Assembly: GCF_009914755.1 (NCBI RefSeq)
Contig: NC_060940.1
DNA: 64,000 nt
DNA from: the human T2T-CHM13v2.0 reference genome, Homo sapiens
Reading direction: 5' to 3' (one strand)
A program made the position numbers and the translations under genes. Position 1 is the first letter of the stretch; each line of letters begins with the position of its first letter. The notes below the pieces were generated by a model. It was not told where the DNA came from. It saw nothing but the letters and a program-made list of their open reading frames with translations, and ran no database searches. This document shows, piece by piece, positions 47,416-61,589 of the stretch.

Positions 47416-50400
47416 AGTGTGGACACTGAGGAAGGGCACACACATGGGATGGCTCCTCACCAGGGCCTGAAGGAACAGGGGATGAGCTGCCTTTCATGAG
47501 GAGGGGAGGGGACATATTTCCATGTCTTTCTTTTTGTGGTCATGGGTGCGCCGCTCGGCATTGCTCATCTGTCCTCTGTGTCTCCACTTCAGGGAGGGCA
47601 GGGTCAAAGGATTCCCGGGTCTGGAGGCACAGGGTTAATCTGCCAATTACTCTTTCTTATTCTCCAGTGTGGACGCTATTCAGGTATCTTCATAGTAGAA
47701 AACATTATCATCAAATACATCCAGTAAGAACATAAAAATACATTTCCAGAGAAAACAGACATCTCTCCGTAATCAGTACACTTAGAGCTGGAAACCACTG
47801 TTCCTGACCATGTGGCAAAGTTGAGTTACAATGAAAATAATGCAGATCTACACCTTGTTAGGGAGGGGGTTTATAATTATCATTATCTTGAGATCACTTT
47901 TCGCAACATATTTCAACATCAGATACATGGACTTGTGTCAGGAAACAGTCAATGTGGACATATGTGTACTTATCTGAGTGAAGAGTTCACATGGGGACGT
48001 GTTTGCTTGTCTGAGACAAGAGTAAACGTGAGGAAATGTCTGTTTTCTGAGGAAAGAGTAAATGTAAGGACATATGTGGTAGTCTGAGGAAAGAGTCCAT
48101 GTGGGGACATGTGTGTTTGTCTGATGGAAGAATCCACATGAGTAAAGGTGTGTTTGTCTGACAGAAGAGCCCACATGTTGACAGGTGTGTGTACCCATTT
48201 GAGGGTAAATGAGCATTCAGGGACAGGGTATGCCTGAACTCAGCTGACGTTTGGGAAAAATCTTTCTCAATCTAGGAAAGAAAAGGAATCCTCTGGGTTA
48301 CTTGCTTATCAGGAAGAGAAAACCTGGGTCAAGTAGAAAATTGATTTTTTTCAAAAAAATATCTTTAGTAAATGGAAACATCTTATATGTAAATGAGGAA
48401 AATTACTTCCTCCTTTGTTGCATGCATCTCATAATATCCCCACACTCCCAAATATGTTATTAGATAATTTTGTACAGTCTGCATTTTATCCAGGGGTTAA
48501 TGAATTCCTAAATATATTTTTAATTGTGTATATTTAGGTTTATATTGTCCATCACAAAATTATGAGCTGGGACAAATTAATTGTGTCTTGTCTCAACCAT
48601 TGCATATCACTAAAATAGTCTTAACTCTTCTTAAACAAGGCCTGTTTTACTTATTTCACACCCACTCTCTAAATTCCTGGAATATCCTCTCTGTTTACCT
48701 GAGTATAGTTTTGACTTTTACAGAATTTCAAATAAATGAAACTATACAGTGCAATTGAAATGACTTCACTGAAGAAAGTGGAAAATGAGGTTCCTGAAGT
48801 AAGCAACTTTGAAAATGAGGTGGTTCTCTAAGTTTAAATTGTAAAGAAATCACACATAAGCACTCTATCTAGTAGATAAACATGTTTCCTACAAGGGTAC
48901 AGCATTACATTTCTGAAACCGCTATGCATGTGTCCTGAAATCGTGCAACTAAGTAATCAAATGGCATATGGTTGGATGGGATTCCTCACTTTGTAGTGGA
49001 TGGTTATGGACAGTCAAGAAAGGAAGGTTAGAAAGGTCCATGTGGCAGCATAGTTGGGTGGAGAGACCAGTGTGTGCTCATTTTTAATGTAATCAAGTTA
49101 CAGAAGATTAGATACATAATTTCAATGGGTCCATAAACATGATTCATATAAACATGCTCATTTACTAGAACAGAAGGTTGAGAGGTCCCAGAAGTACTTA
49201 TACCACATTAACAACACACATACCCATTATCACAATATTTTATTTTAACACTATTCTTTAAAATCAGAAACAAGCAATCTTTATATAAATGGCTAATTCT
49301 ATGTATGAAAAAGGTGATAAAGAAACAAGCTTAGAATCTATTTTAATATCAGGAAACAGGGAAGTGTTCAAAAACAAAAGGATCAGCTTTGCTGTAAGGA
49401 TGCAGGATCCAAACTAAATGAGCTCCCAGCACCTAATAAAGCTGTGGAGATTTGAACAAGAAAATGAATAATGTAGCATGGATCTTCTTCAGAGTATGAA
49501 ACAGACATCCATAAACCAATATGGATGTTAATAGATGATTAAACAAAGAAACGATGGGAAGAAGAACACGTCTTCTTATAGAAGTATTCCAAATATCTCA
49601 GGCAGATATTCCTCCAATCAATAGGTGAAGGCTAAACACTCATGAGTTGATTGTGTCCTGAGATTAGAGACATGGAATAAATAATCAGTATTAGTGTATT
49701 TTATAATGAGACTTCAGATATAATGCCAAATACATGATCTATGAATGAATAATTTTTTATGTTTTTTGTCTAAATTTGTGCACACACACACACACACACA
49801 CACATATTTTTTGAAATACCCACTGATAAGAGAGAAAAAGGCAACCACAGACTGGGAGAAAATACTTCCAAGTCATATATTTGTTAAATCAATTCTTTCA
49901 ATTTGTTAAATGACTTTTATAATCAATATGCAAGTAAACTTACAACTAATGAAAAGAAAACAATGGAGATAAAAATGAACCAAATATCAGGAAAGGCATC
50001 TCAGCAAAAATTATATAAAAATTGTTTAATATAAATTTTTTTATTTGGGACATGTGCATTTAAATAAATATTAGATGCCATTACTCACCTATCAGCATGG
50101 CTAAAACTCACAATACTCATGATGATAAATGGTAACATGAATGTGGAAAAACAAGAAATGTCATGCATTGATGGTGGGAATTCAAAACGTTACATGCACA
50201 AAATGAGATTTTTTGGCATTTTTTAAATAGAGATAAAAGTAGAGTTAAAATGTGAACTTGTGCTTGTGTTCCGAAGTATTTACAACGTTGATTCAGAAAT
50301 TGATGTTTACAAAGATTGATTCAGAGGAAGTTCTGTATCAGATTTGTTAATGTGATTCATTCTACAATCCCTGAAATTTGCTTGCAGAATAAATGTTGTA

Positions 50401-50419
50401 TGAAAAATATCTCAAATAA

Positions 50420-50713
50420 CTAAAATCCTGTCCACTCAAGCCCTTGTCCAGGGGCCCATCGCACCAAGTGCAAGTAGCAGTAGGTGAAGGTGTATCCAGA
50501 AGCCTGGCAGGAGACCTTCACTGAGGCCCCAGGCTTCTTCACCTCAGCCCCAGACTGCACCAGCTGCACCAGGAAGTGGGCACCTGTGGGGAGGACACAG
50601 GATGGATGAAAGCCCCCTTGACTGGACTCAATCCCCTCCTCATTACTGGGACCTGGGAACCCCTTACCTGTGGCTGCTGCCACCAAGAAGAGGATCTTGC
50701 AGGTCCAGCCCAT
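50420..50713 (-). pseudogene. Truncated IGHV1-12-like orphon (IGHV1/OR16-3/-4 type); leader 50713-50668, V exon from 50583
   Basis: [15 protein letters not shown]|[54 protein letters not shown]. Trp41 is Leu. No FR3 or RSS. Intact octamer 50781-50788. Confidence 0.9.
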
Positions 50714-51958
50714 GGTGAGATGTGCTCTCAGGGGATTCTCTCAGGGCACAGAACATATTTACCTCAGTGGATATCAGTATATTTGCATATTCATAAGACA
50801 AAGCCTTTCTTAACTCAAAGCCCAATCCGTGATAAGAAAGGGAAGATAAATGACACATCAGCCTTACAAGAGTGAGATGAAGATGGTCGAAGTCCTAATC
50901 CTGCTTGAGGAAATGCATGCCCTGCTCCATTTACAAACATTTGTGGACAGACATCCTTTCACTGAAGAATAAGCCCATATAGAACAGGCTCCTCACTGTA
51001 AGCCTATATTTGATTAGCATAGAGACCACCTGGATCATTTTTGGAACCATCACTCTCCATCACACTGAGCAGGTGCCTTGGTCTTTTCCTGGACCCATCA
51101 GGCACCAGCACAGCTCATTGCTGACTCTGAGAAAGTGACGCTTATGTCCCACATGAGTGTCCAGGAGGGACCTCTGAGATCTACTGGGTGCTCCTGAGAC
51201 ACTGTCTCCAGCACCTGACTCATGTCCTGATCCCCCAGGATCTTCAATTCTATTGAACACTGTTGGTTTACAGATTTGCCCTGTGATGCATAATTAGAGC
51301 TGATTTTCTCATCTCACAGAAATGGGAATCAGAAGAAGATAAAGCAGGAGTTTGGAGTCCATTATGAACTCTCTACTCCCAAAGTAATTGTCAAGGAATT
51401 TGTGTTTAGAACAATTTTGGGTTATTTTTGAACTCCATTTATTAGTATTTTGTCAAGTATTTACATACTTTCAGTTCATATCCACAGACCCTCACCTTTC
51501 CATATTGATTTCTGACTCACTTGGTCTGTGCACCTGCCACACTCTCAGATCCACTACTGCCCTGTCACTCACACAATGTAAGCAACATTACTTAACACTG
51601 AAATCTGAATTTCTTATTCATAGGAATGAAGTTTCTTCAACTAATCTGTACCCATAGAATTAGTAAAAACATGCCCATCCTTCATATTCTCACTACTAAG
51701 ATATTATAGTTCTAGAAACCCACTTCAAAAAATAGTTCTCAGTGCCTTAAGTTATATGAATGGTTTTGATGTGATAGAATACCTAAAGCACGTCAGCGAC
51801 TTTTTGAACAGTTATTTTAGATTGTTTTTTCCTGACAAAGGAAAACCCAGGCCCTGAGAGGAAACTTCCTCCCCAGCTGTGCACCTGCTCCAGGGCTGGA
51901 ACCTGTGCTTGGTGGCTCCCAAGTGCCCCCTTTCACCCAGGCTCTTGCCTTGCAATGA

Positions 51959-52030
51959 GGTTTCTGTCGGGGCTCACAGATATTTTCCTTCAGAGTCTCT
52001 AGCCCAGCATGAAGTGGCTGTGTCCTGGTT
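51959..52030 (-). pseudogene. Isolated VH 3'-end remnant with decayed 23-RSS (clan II-like)
   Basis: Minus strand: caggacacagccacttcatgctgggctaga, GACTCTG, 23 nt, ACAGAAACC, followed by a VH-type downstream flank (ccctggagcaggtgcac). Confidence 0.75.
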
Positions 52031-54767
52031 TAGAATTCTCTGCCAGTGACACCATATGCTGCCGACACCATGTCTTTTAACAATTGATTAGCCTCACTAA
52101 ACCTACTGAGGGATACCCACAGAAAAGATTCTATGACTCAGAAGGGAGTCCCTTTTCTGAAGCTTCACATTTCCTGAATCAGTGGACACCTAATGAATAC
52201 AAAAACTTGTAGGATTTGGGGAATGCCTAGTTTCTTCGTTGGGCTCCTGCAGTTGAATGTTGCATCTGAGAATATCTGCAGGTACAGATACATTCAGAAT
52301 AAAGACACCTTTGTATATGCTATTCCAATAACACATATTCTCCTTTCTTACTATTTTCTAGCCTATAAAAGCGCCTCATACACAGACACTAGGCCTAGGT
52401 TTATGGCTTTTTTCTCTTAGCGATCTAAGGCAAACAGAATACAAGTGGAGACTTGGGAAGTGCATGAATATTTTTTCTCAGCTAGGAACCCTGAAAATGC
52501 CCCATGATAAAAGAATCTGAGGTCAATGGATTTGCCAAGACCTTTTCTTCAAAAAATTTATGTCAGAGGCTTCAGATTTTCCTACTGTCCTTGTCTTTTT
52601 CTCTGCCATTGTCTTTCAGTTTCCCTATGTTCTCCTCCTCAGATAGAGTCTGTGCACTGCCACACTTTCATCTTTAACCCAGATTATACTGGTGAGAAAA
52701 CAAAGTGTGCATCCTGGAAGTATTATATGTTCTTACAATTGATTCTTAATAATTCAATCATCCTTTTTTTCTCTGGGCTGTGACCTATATTCAGAGTCTC
52801 CAGAAATGAAACTGATGCTTTCCCTTTTCTGGCTGTAATATTATAGGATTATTTCAGTATCGGCTAATTTTATCCACTTTCATGATAAAGGAAGGCTGCT
52901 GGGAGGGTCTGTAATGGAGATGGACTACCTTACCCAATACAGATAAGGTTCTAGATATGTCTTTCCCCTGGATGGTCTATCTGGAGAAATGTACGTGTGT
53001 ATTTCTCAGAGATTAGGTCTTTGGATGATTTATCCAGGAAAGGATCTATGTCGATTTTCACTCGAAGAACCTGGAGGTTCCTGGAGCAAATAAGCACAAG
53101 AGTGTGAGGTGTGCGGCCTCTAAGATCTCTCACCCTCACACTAGTTCAGACATGCCCTTTATGTTTACATAGTTCAGATTTACATATAACATACCACACA
53201 GCCAGGCTCATCTAAATTGCCACATGCTCATTTAAACTCATCGGAGCAGCAGCTGAGTGTAATCATCACATTGAACTCAGAGAAACCTGGGTCCAATACA
53301 CTGTTTATTGTAGCTCAGAGAAGCATCACTGAGTCCCTTGAGTGGACGTTTCTTCCCTGAAAGAGCTTCACTACCAAGTATACTAAAGAGTTGCTATGGA
53401 GCCACTGTGGGGTTGGATTTCTTTCTGTCAGCCTGTCATGCAGGGTGTTTTGAGTGATGCAGACCTTTATACTTAGATGCTAATCATTCCCAGTATTGTT
53501 GAAATGGCTGGCCACCCCCAGTCCTGTTTCTCCCCTCCACTCACCTGAATGTCTCCAAAAACCCCATGAACCTAAGGATTCTCTTTTCCATGGATGACTC
53601 TGAGGATTCTCAATCTGGTCAGTGCCACAGTCAGAGGCAGCTAATGCAGGATTCTCAGTCCGCTAATAAGTTGAGCCCATAATATAGGATACATATCCAA
53701 GAGTGGCCAATTCATGTCAGTGCCAATCCACATTTAATTCAAGGGGCATGATTTTCAGTGCATTGAAGTTTAAAAGCTTCATCATTCTTAATAGAGGCAC
53801 AAACTGAATGGTTTGCTGAAGAAGTGAGTTCATGGTTAGAAGAAAGCTGACTGCACCCAGGCAGAGTCTCTTTAAGTAAAACGCCTGAAATGTGATGTCC
53901 TGAAACCTTGTGAAAATTCATTTCCTTGAGTAAAAAAACAGGAAAGCTATTCTCAAATCATTGGGAGAAAACTTATCAGAAATTTTATGAACACACCAGT
54001 CGAATTCCAGTAAGTCAATCCTTGGGTTTATGTTTCACAACTCAAGAAGCAATAAAGAAATCTACATAATTGGAAGGCTGCTCCAACAGAGAGAATTTTG
54101 AACTATTTAATTAATAGACCAGTATCCATTCCTATGGAATCTGCAACTTAAACAGATCTCTGCAACCTGGAAAAATTTTCTCACTTATTTTTCTCTAGAC
54201 ATCCATAAATGCAAAAACACATTTTGTGTGTATATGCATGAGTGATCTATAGAAATACTTTGCATATTAATGAAAGTTTGGAAAAATGATAACTTCATCA
54301 CTTATTGTGAACTCATACTTCACTGGTTTCCAAAATTCTCCACCTGTGTCATGGGGCAATGGGTGCCTCTGAGAATATGCTGATTTTCAGACTGAACATG
54401 TTCTCCACTCCTCACTTGAATTCATGGTTTCTCACTCACACTGATGTCTCTGTGAATGAAAACCCAACACTGATATCCAGCAGATTTTCCTCTTACAAGA
54501 TTCATATTCTCTCTATCTCTTTCTTTCTCTGCATGTCTCTAACTCCCTATTTTTCTGTGCCATTACTATTTATTACTGAATCATCCTGAATCCTGCCAAC
54601 AGACTCCATCTCACATTCTGCAAATATTCTGCCTTAAAGATAATTAGGGGCAAACTCATCCTTGCCCAAGGTGGGAAAACTTTCTGGACTTCCACTAGGT
54701 TTATTAGAGCCTCATATGAGAACCATGATCAAACACTATGTGTTTTTGGATTATACCTCAAATCTAA

Positions 54768-55096
54768 AACTGTTCTTCATAGTGGCTATGACATTCTACA
54801 TTCCCATCATTACCATTATGCAAAACAGTGTGGTGGCTTCTAAATAAATTAAAACAGACATACCATATGACCAGCGATCCAGCTTATGGAAATATACCCA
54901 AATGGGATGAAATTACCACCTTGTGAAGATACCTGCTCTCCTGTGATTATTGTAGCATTATTCACAACAGCCAAGATATGGAAACTAAGTGTCTGTCGAT
55001 GGACAAATGGATAAAGACAATGTGGTATGTGTATACAATATAACATGATTCTGCCTTATAAAATAAAGAGATGCTGCCATTTTCCACAAGATGAAT
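54768..55096. mobile_element. Old L1 3' fragment with a short inverted piece, abutting the clan-II VH
   Basis: Antisense ctgttcttcatagtggct...ttcccatca joined to sense accattatgcaaaacagtg...gctgccattt. Confidence 0.7.
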
Positions 55097-55410
55097 GGAT
55101 TCCCACCACCACTAGCAATGCATTTTACCCATTTCAGCCCCTCCCTGGGAGCCGGCAGATCCAGGCCCAGTAGTAAGGACTGGTTGTGATGGAGTGGCCA
55201 GAAACAGTGCAGGTGATGCAGAGGGGCAGTGCAGGCTCTTCAGGTCCAGGGCTGACTCCTGCAGCTGCTCCTGGGACAGGGCATGTGAGTACATGGGGAA
55301 TCAGTCCCTGTCAGTCACATGTACCTACACTCACCCCATAGACCCACATCTGAGACACTCACCCTGGGGGAGCCGTCACCAGGCACAGGAGAAGACAGAC
55401 ATAATGCCAT
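55097..55410 (-). pseudogene. IGHV(II)-clan pseudogene 5' half (leader 55410-55363, V from 55273), frameshifted, cut in CDR2
   Basis: Leader with gtgagt donor, defective acceptor, QEQLQESALDL..., atcacctgcactgtttctggccactccatcacaaccagt...tggatctgccggctcccagggaggggctg. Decayed octamer and TATAAAA upstream. Confidence 0.85.
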
Positions 55411-57475
55411 CTTCTTCGTGAACACAACTCTGCATTCCCCAGATACCTTAGCCCTGCCTGAGGGGAGAGCTGTTAGCTTCCACAGTCCAAAAGCATTTTA
55501 TACCCTGGAGCCTAAAGGATAGTTTGGATGTGGCAAGGCCTTGTACTTATACGAGAGAAGGACATAGGTCTGACTCCCTGTGGGTTTGAATATGTTTTAT
55601 TGTTGTCTGTCTGTTTTCAGGTTGACATGAAGCACTTCCTTGCCAAAAACTACAGTCATGACATTTAATAAAATTTGCTTTATTCCTATTTTCCCACCTG
55701 TGACATTTGACCTTCTGTATCGAGTGAGCAATGTGCATACCTTACAGGAGAAATTACAAAATAATTCTCTAAGTCATCAGTATCACACGAATGCTACCCT
55801 GTCCTTACTGCCAAATATCTTCTGGAAAAATTTAAGTAAAAATAAATGACAAGTTGCATTCTTAAATTGAAAGTAGCATAACATTCAGAAACTCATGAAA
55901 TCCTTTTGCCAAAGGTACTCCCACTAGAACTTAACAGCCCATGGTCTGCTTCCTCAAGGGCAAAGACAATATCACCCTATGACTTGATTCATCAAAAGCC
56001 CATGTATTTTCCATTTTACCTTCAGCATTATACTCTGATTTATCACATGCCAATACAGCGAAGTATTTTAGGGGATCGATGTGCTATGCAGAAATATTCA
56101 ACAGGATGTTAAAAATGTCCTAAATAGCTTCTTTACTGCCATCAACTTGTAAATTATTTATTTTCCAAGAGACATCGGAGAAAAACAGTCACAAACATTG
56201 TAAAAGGGGCTAATTACAATTAACAACAAATGCAGCAGTGACTCCAGGATGTCAATCCATAGGTTTATTAGTGAAAATGAGGTGGGTTACATAAATTGTT
56301 TTGAGAGTATTTTCCTTGCTTGTAGAGTCAATACCAAGGTTGGCATCAATATAGGGTTAAACAGTGATTTGCTGGGAAGATGTCCTTGTAGATGTGATTT
56401 TTATAAGGTCATGGTGGCTTCTATCAAAGGTTGTGGTTAAGCAGAATCCATTCATGGTCGTTCTTGTTATCAGGAGTATGTGCATGGGAAACCTCCTTCA
56501 TGGTCATTCCTAGTTCCTTTTGTCAGGGTTTTAACACAAGTGGATCTATTTTGATTCTGACAACTTTCACACCCTCTTTCTAACACTACTGGTGAGGAAG
56601 GTGACTCACTCTGTGGTACTTTGCACAGCACAGGATAAATTTCACATCCACATCCCATTTTGACCACACAAGCTCATCCTCTTCACTACTGTTGGCCACT
56701 TGCATTCCCAGGTGAGTCTCCACATGACACACTGGAGGGTGCTGAGCAATGGGAGAGAGAAAAGTCCTATCAGCCTCTCCCACATGGCTGCAGGAGCCAC
56801 AGCCTGAGCCCCACCTCAGCTGCAGGGAATGGGCTTGAGACCTCGAGCTTTGGCAGCAAGAACCACATCCCCACTTTACAGGAAGCACGAACAGCACAAG
56901 GAAGAGCAAGAACAACAACAACAAATAAAAAGAAATAGAGTGGGCTAAGAGCAAAAGGGGCCCCAGATCAGTGCTGATACTAAGTTGCATACTTTAGTGT
57001 CAGGAGAAGGGTCAGGAATGAAAACTGTGAGGTTCTACACGACACTGACCCTGGCCCAGACTCTATTGGCTGTGATCACAATTCCTAAAGACCGTCCTAG
57101 TCAGGGAATCTCACTGAGGTTTCTGTCCTGAGTCTGACTGGAGAAGACTCACCAGGTATCCCTGAGTTTCCTCAATACTCTGATCCTGGTGACAATGGTT
57201 GAGGGCTTTTCATCTCTGTAAGCATCAATCTGTGTTTTGTGCATAGGAGAATAGGTTTTCATATTAAAATAATCATTTTAAAAATATGTAGAGATGACAT
57301 TGGTAAGCACAGAATTCTGAACTTAGAGAGATTCCCTAGAGAAACTCTAAAAAGATGAAGTCCCACATCCTGACAGGAAACCAGCCTCCATCTGCAACTT
57401 GCCTCTGGCGATGACTCTGATCAGTGGGTCCTGTGTGCCCCCCGCAGCTGATTTCCCCCAAGCATTCTGCAGAGA

Positions 57476-57514
57476 GGTTTGTGTCTGGGCTCACACTGAC
57501 TTCCCCTCACTGTG
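57476..57514 (-). other. Canonical 23-RSS (CACAGTG-23-ACACAAACC)
   Basis: Heptamer 57508-57514, nonamer 57476-57484. Confidence 0.95.
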
Positions 57515-57972
57515 TCTCTTGCACAGTAATACACAGCCATGTCCTCGGCTCTCAGGCTGTTCATTTGAAGATACAAGGAGTTCTTGGCATTGTCTCTGGA
57601 GATGGTGAATCGGCCCTTCACGGAGTCTGCATAGTATGTGCCACCACCAGTACCAATAGCTGATACCCACTCCAGACCTTTTCCTGGAGCCTGGCGAACC
57701 CAGTGCATAGCATAGCTACTGAAGGTGAATCCAGAGCCTGCACAGGAGAGTCTCAGGGACCCCCCAGGATGTACCAAGCCTCCCCCAGACTGCACCAGCT
57801 GAACCTCACACTGGACACCTGCAAACAGAGAGACACAAAGGTCAGAAATTGCCACACATCACATACCCACTGTTTCTCTCATTCATGCCCATTCACACTC
57901 AATATCTCTAGTTCTCCATGAATCACCTTTTAATATAGCAACAAGGAAAACCCAGCTCAGCACAAACTCCAT
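57515..57972 (-). CDS. IGHV3OR16-10: Structurally intact IGHV3-13-like orphon V gene (IGHV3/OR16-10 type; OR16-11 is near-identical); leader 57972-57927, V exon 57818-57515
   Basis: [15 protein letters not shown]|[106 protein letters not shown]23, W41 and C104 are all intact. Confidence 0.9.
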
Positions 57973-58098
57973 GGTGATTCCTGTGTGTTCAGTCCTGATC
58001 ACTGAATGGAAACACCTGGGAATCCCAAGGCTGGGGCTCCACTCCCAGAGCTGCAGGGTCAGGGCTGGGCTGGTTTTCATCAGGAGAGGGAGGGCTCT

Positions 58099-58106
58099 AT
58101 TTGCAT
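58099..58106 (-). promoter_or_regulatory. Intact Ig octamer of VH promoter
   Basis: ATTTGCAT on +, i.e. ATGCAAAT on the gene strand. Confidence 0.92.
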
Positions 58107-59271
58107 GTCACCTACTATATAGCAAGCTATGGGGTGGGACTCCTGAGGAGAGGGCAGGGCCCAGAGTAGATGAGAGCGTCCTGGGGGATTTTGATGACAA
58201 TGATTGTGTTTGGGAAAATGCTGTCTTAATGTGAAATTGTTGTGCGATAAACATTTAACAACTATCATATTTTTAATTATTTTTACCTATGTGTATAAAT
58301 GATGTTATTTAGCACTCAGTGGTTTCTTCGTTTACAGATGTAAAAGTGAACCCACACATGGAGGGGCTATGTATGTGTCTAAGGGCTTATATCTGGCATG
58401 AGTGAGTCCTAGTACCTGGGCCTATGCTCCTCACAGCTGGCCTCAATTGCTCTCTTAACCAACTATTGGACAGAGCTAAATGGGCCTAGTGTGGTTTGCA
58501 GAATCCACTTCCTGCCACGAGAACCTGTGTGATTTTGCTGCATTTACCTAAAAATACGGAAACATCTAGGCATCAGGCAGATAAATTTTTGGTGTATCTG
58601 ATATTTAATGTATTCATTTGTTCCTTCTTATCATCCCTTTTTTGTCTAAAATTTCACTTGTTTACTTGTAATACATTTTATGAGTTTTAATTGACAGATG
58701 ATAAAATTCACATATTTAACCTGCATAATAGTAAACTTTGATAAAGAAAATCTCTATTTTCAAGAAGGTGACAAGTCAACTCACCTCAGAATTCCTCTTG
58801 CTCTTTTACAGACATAATTTTGTTTTTCTCCTCTTTTCTTCTACCATTTCTTTATAAAAGTACTGATGTTTTCATATTTCTTTAGACTAGTTTTTATTCT
58901 CTAGAATTTATAAGAATGAAACAATATAGTATGTACTCTTATCTATTTGGCTTATTTTTCTCAGTAGAAATACCGAGAATTAAACCTTTTATGTTGTATT
59001 GTTTATTTTTTAATAAATAATAGGTAGCATTTCAGCAAACAAATGTAGCATAATTTGTTTTTCTAAGTTGCTAATTGGTATTCAAACTTTTCATTACTTT
59101 GGGTCTTACTAATAAATCTGCTACTCAATTTGGTAATGTACATAGATGATAAATTATATATAAAATATATTATTTTTGCAACAACAATAACACGTAAACA
59201 AGAGAATGTGCTATTTGGCAAATTTTCTTTAGCATGTCAAATAATTGAAGTTATGAAACAAAAAACAAACC

Positions 59272-59873
59272 TGTAAATCAAAGAGTATCTGAGACTAATC
59301 TCAATAGATTTAGGAAGTTCATTTTCCAAGATTAAGGACATGCCTGTGACACCGCCTCAGGGAGTCCTGATGATGTGTGCCCAAGCTTGTGGGCACAGCT
59401 TGGTTTTATACAATTTAGGGAGGCATGAGACATTAATCAATATATGTATATAAGATGTACATTGATTTAGTTCAGAAAGGCAGGACAACTTGAAGTGGGG
59501 AGAGGGCTTCTAGATCATAGGTAGGTTTGAGAGAAATGGTTGCATTATTTGAGTTTCTGATTAGCCTTTAACTGAATGCACAATTTACAGGAATAGTCAC
59601 GTAGGCCTTAATCTGGCTTAGTGAAATAATAGAGCAAAGGGAGCAATCAGATATGCATTTGACTTACATGAGCAGAGAAATGACTCTGTCTGTCTTTGGC
59701 CCACAAGGATTTTACTTGTGGTCAAATTTTGAAGGAGGTCTGTAGCTTTTAAAAACCGTAGTAGCTATCATTTTAGTGAAATAATGGAGGTGGATTTACC
59801 CCAAACAGTTTTCAGCTTGACTTCCCTTGGGCTTAGTGATTTGGTGGTCCCAAAGGTTTATTTTCCTTTCAGG
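59272..59873 (-). mobile_element. MER4A-type LTR
   Basis: Same family text as 6393-6823. Confidence 0.82.
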
Positions 59874-59989
59874 AACGTGGAAATCTTGAAAGAAATGAGT
59901 TCTTGTAGAGAGAAATGAAGCCATAGTGTTAGCTAAACTGAGGCCGAGGCTGCCACATGAAATATAGCCTATTACAAGACAAAGCTACA

Positions 59990-60303
<314 letters not shown>

Positions 60304-60399
60304 ACAAGACAAAGCTACAAACGTGTTGGATTGCTTAAATTCCAGTGTGGTAAACGTGTTGTCGTGTAAAATTCTCAGGAACCACATACTGAAGGGCAC

Positions 60400-60822
60400 T
60401 GATAAAGTGAATTAAATATGGCCTGAGAAGGACTCCGTAATTCTGTGTTTGAGTCCTTCTGGACAAACTGTAACCTACCTGAATAGGTGGACAAGATTGA
60501 AAAGCCAACTTCAGAGCATGAGCCTGTAACAATAGCGGAGTCTTGGCCAATTCCAGCAGCCATACCTCAACCACTCATACACTCTTGAGTGTGCACATTT
60601 TGTTTAAATAAGACAAAAACAACCTGTAACCAATCCAGCTGTTTCTGTACCTCACTTCTGATTTCTGTACATCATTTTTCTAATCTATAAACCTTCTTCC
60701 ACCATGTGACTGCACTGAAGTCTCTTTGAATCTGCTGCGATTCTGGGGGCTGCCCAATTCATGAATCATCCATTGCTCAATTAATCTCATTAACCTTAAT
60801 TTGGCTGAAGGTTTTCTATTAT
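60400..60822 (+). mobile_element. MER57-type LTR
   Basis: tgataaagtgaattaaatatggcctgagaaggactccgt start and ctgtaaccaatccagctgtttctgtacctcac. Confidence 0.7.
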
Positions 60823-61589
60823 CCGCATTCCTATGCAATTGAATCCCTTTGTTCTAGAATGAGGACACTCAGAAAAATCTTCCTTTCCCAAAGTGTCTGT
60901 CTGAGACAGAAGGAGAGCCCATACTACCGAAATGCGTTCAGACCCACCTCCCTCATCAGCACTACAGAATAAAGGGATTACCTACCATACAGGGGCAAGC
61001 CACTGAAACCATGATTCCAGAGGCACTGGTGGAGCCCCAGAGGAAATGGGATAAAAACCAAGGTTCTCACCAAAGTTCCATCGAAATGTACCTCCTCTCT
61101 GTCATGGAATCAAATCCTTAATCTCCAGGGCATCGCAGAAGATCTAGAAGACGATGATAATAGTGGAGACTATTGGAGGTGTGGGAGGGAACACCTGGGA
61201 AAAACAGGAGAAAATATATGTATTTAACTCAGTAGACTTCAAGCTACTTACATGTTAATTAACTGGAATATTTCATAGCTAAATACCTGATCTAGCATGA
61301 GAAATAATAGACATGACACATGGAGAATGCAACAGTGGGAAGCTGAGGTTCAAGTTCTGATGTTTGTTTACTGATATTTGTCCGCTGGCATGTCCAGAAC
61401 TTCATGAGTACAGAACTCCTCTAATAGTGAAACAAACACTCACAGGACATGCATTTTTGTTTGAAATAAGTGTAATTCAGATGCTGGTAAAATTTTCTCC
61501 TCAGACTCCTTTGCACCAGCTCAGGGCTGACGTCTGTGTTGAGTGGGTTCTGGGCCTGCCCTGCAGCTCTGCCCTCACCCTGCTGGGGA

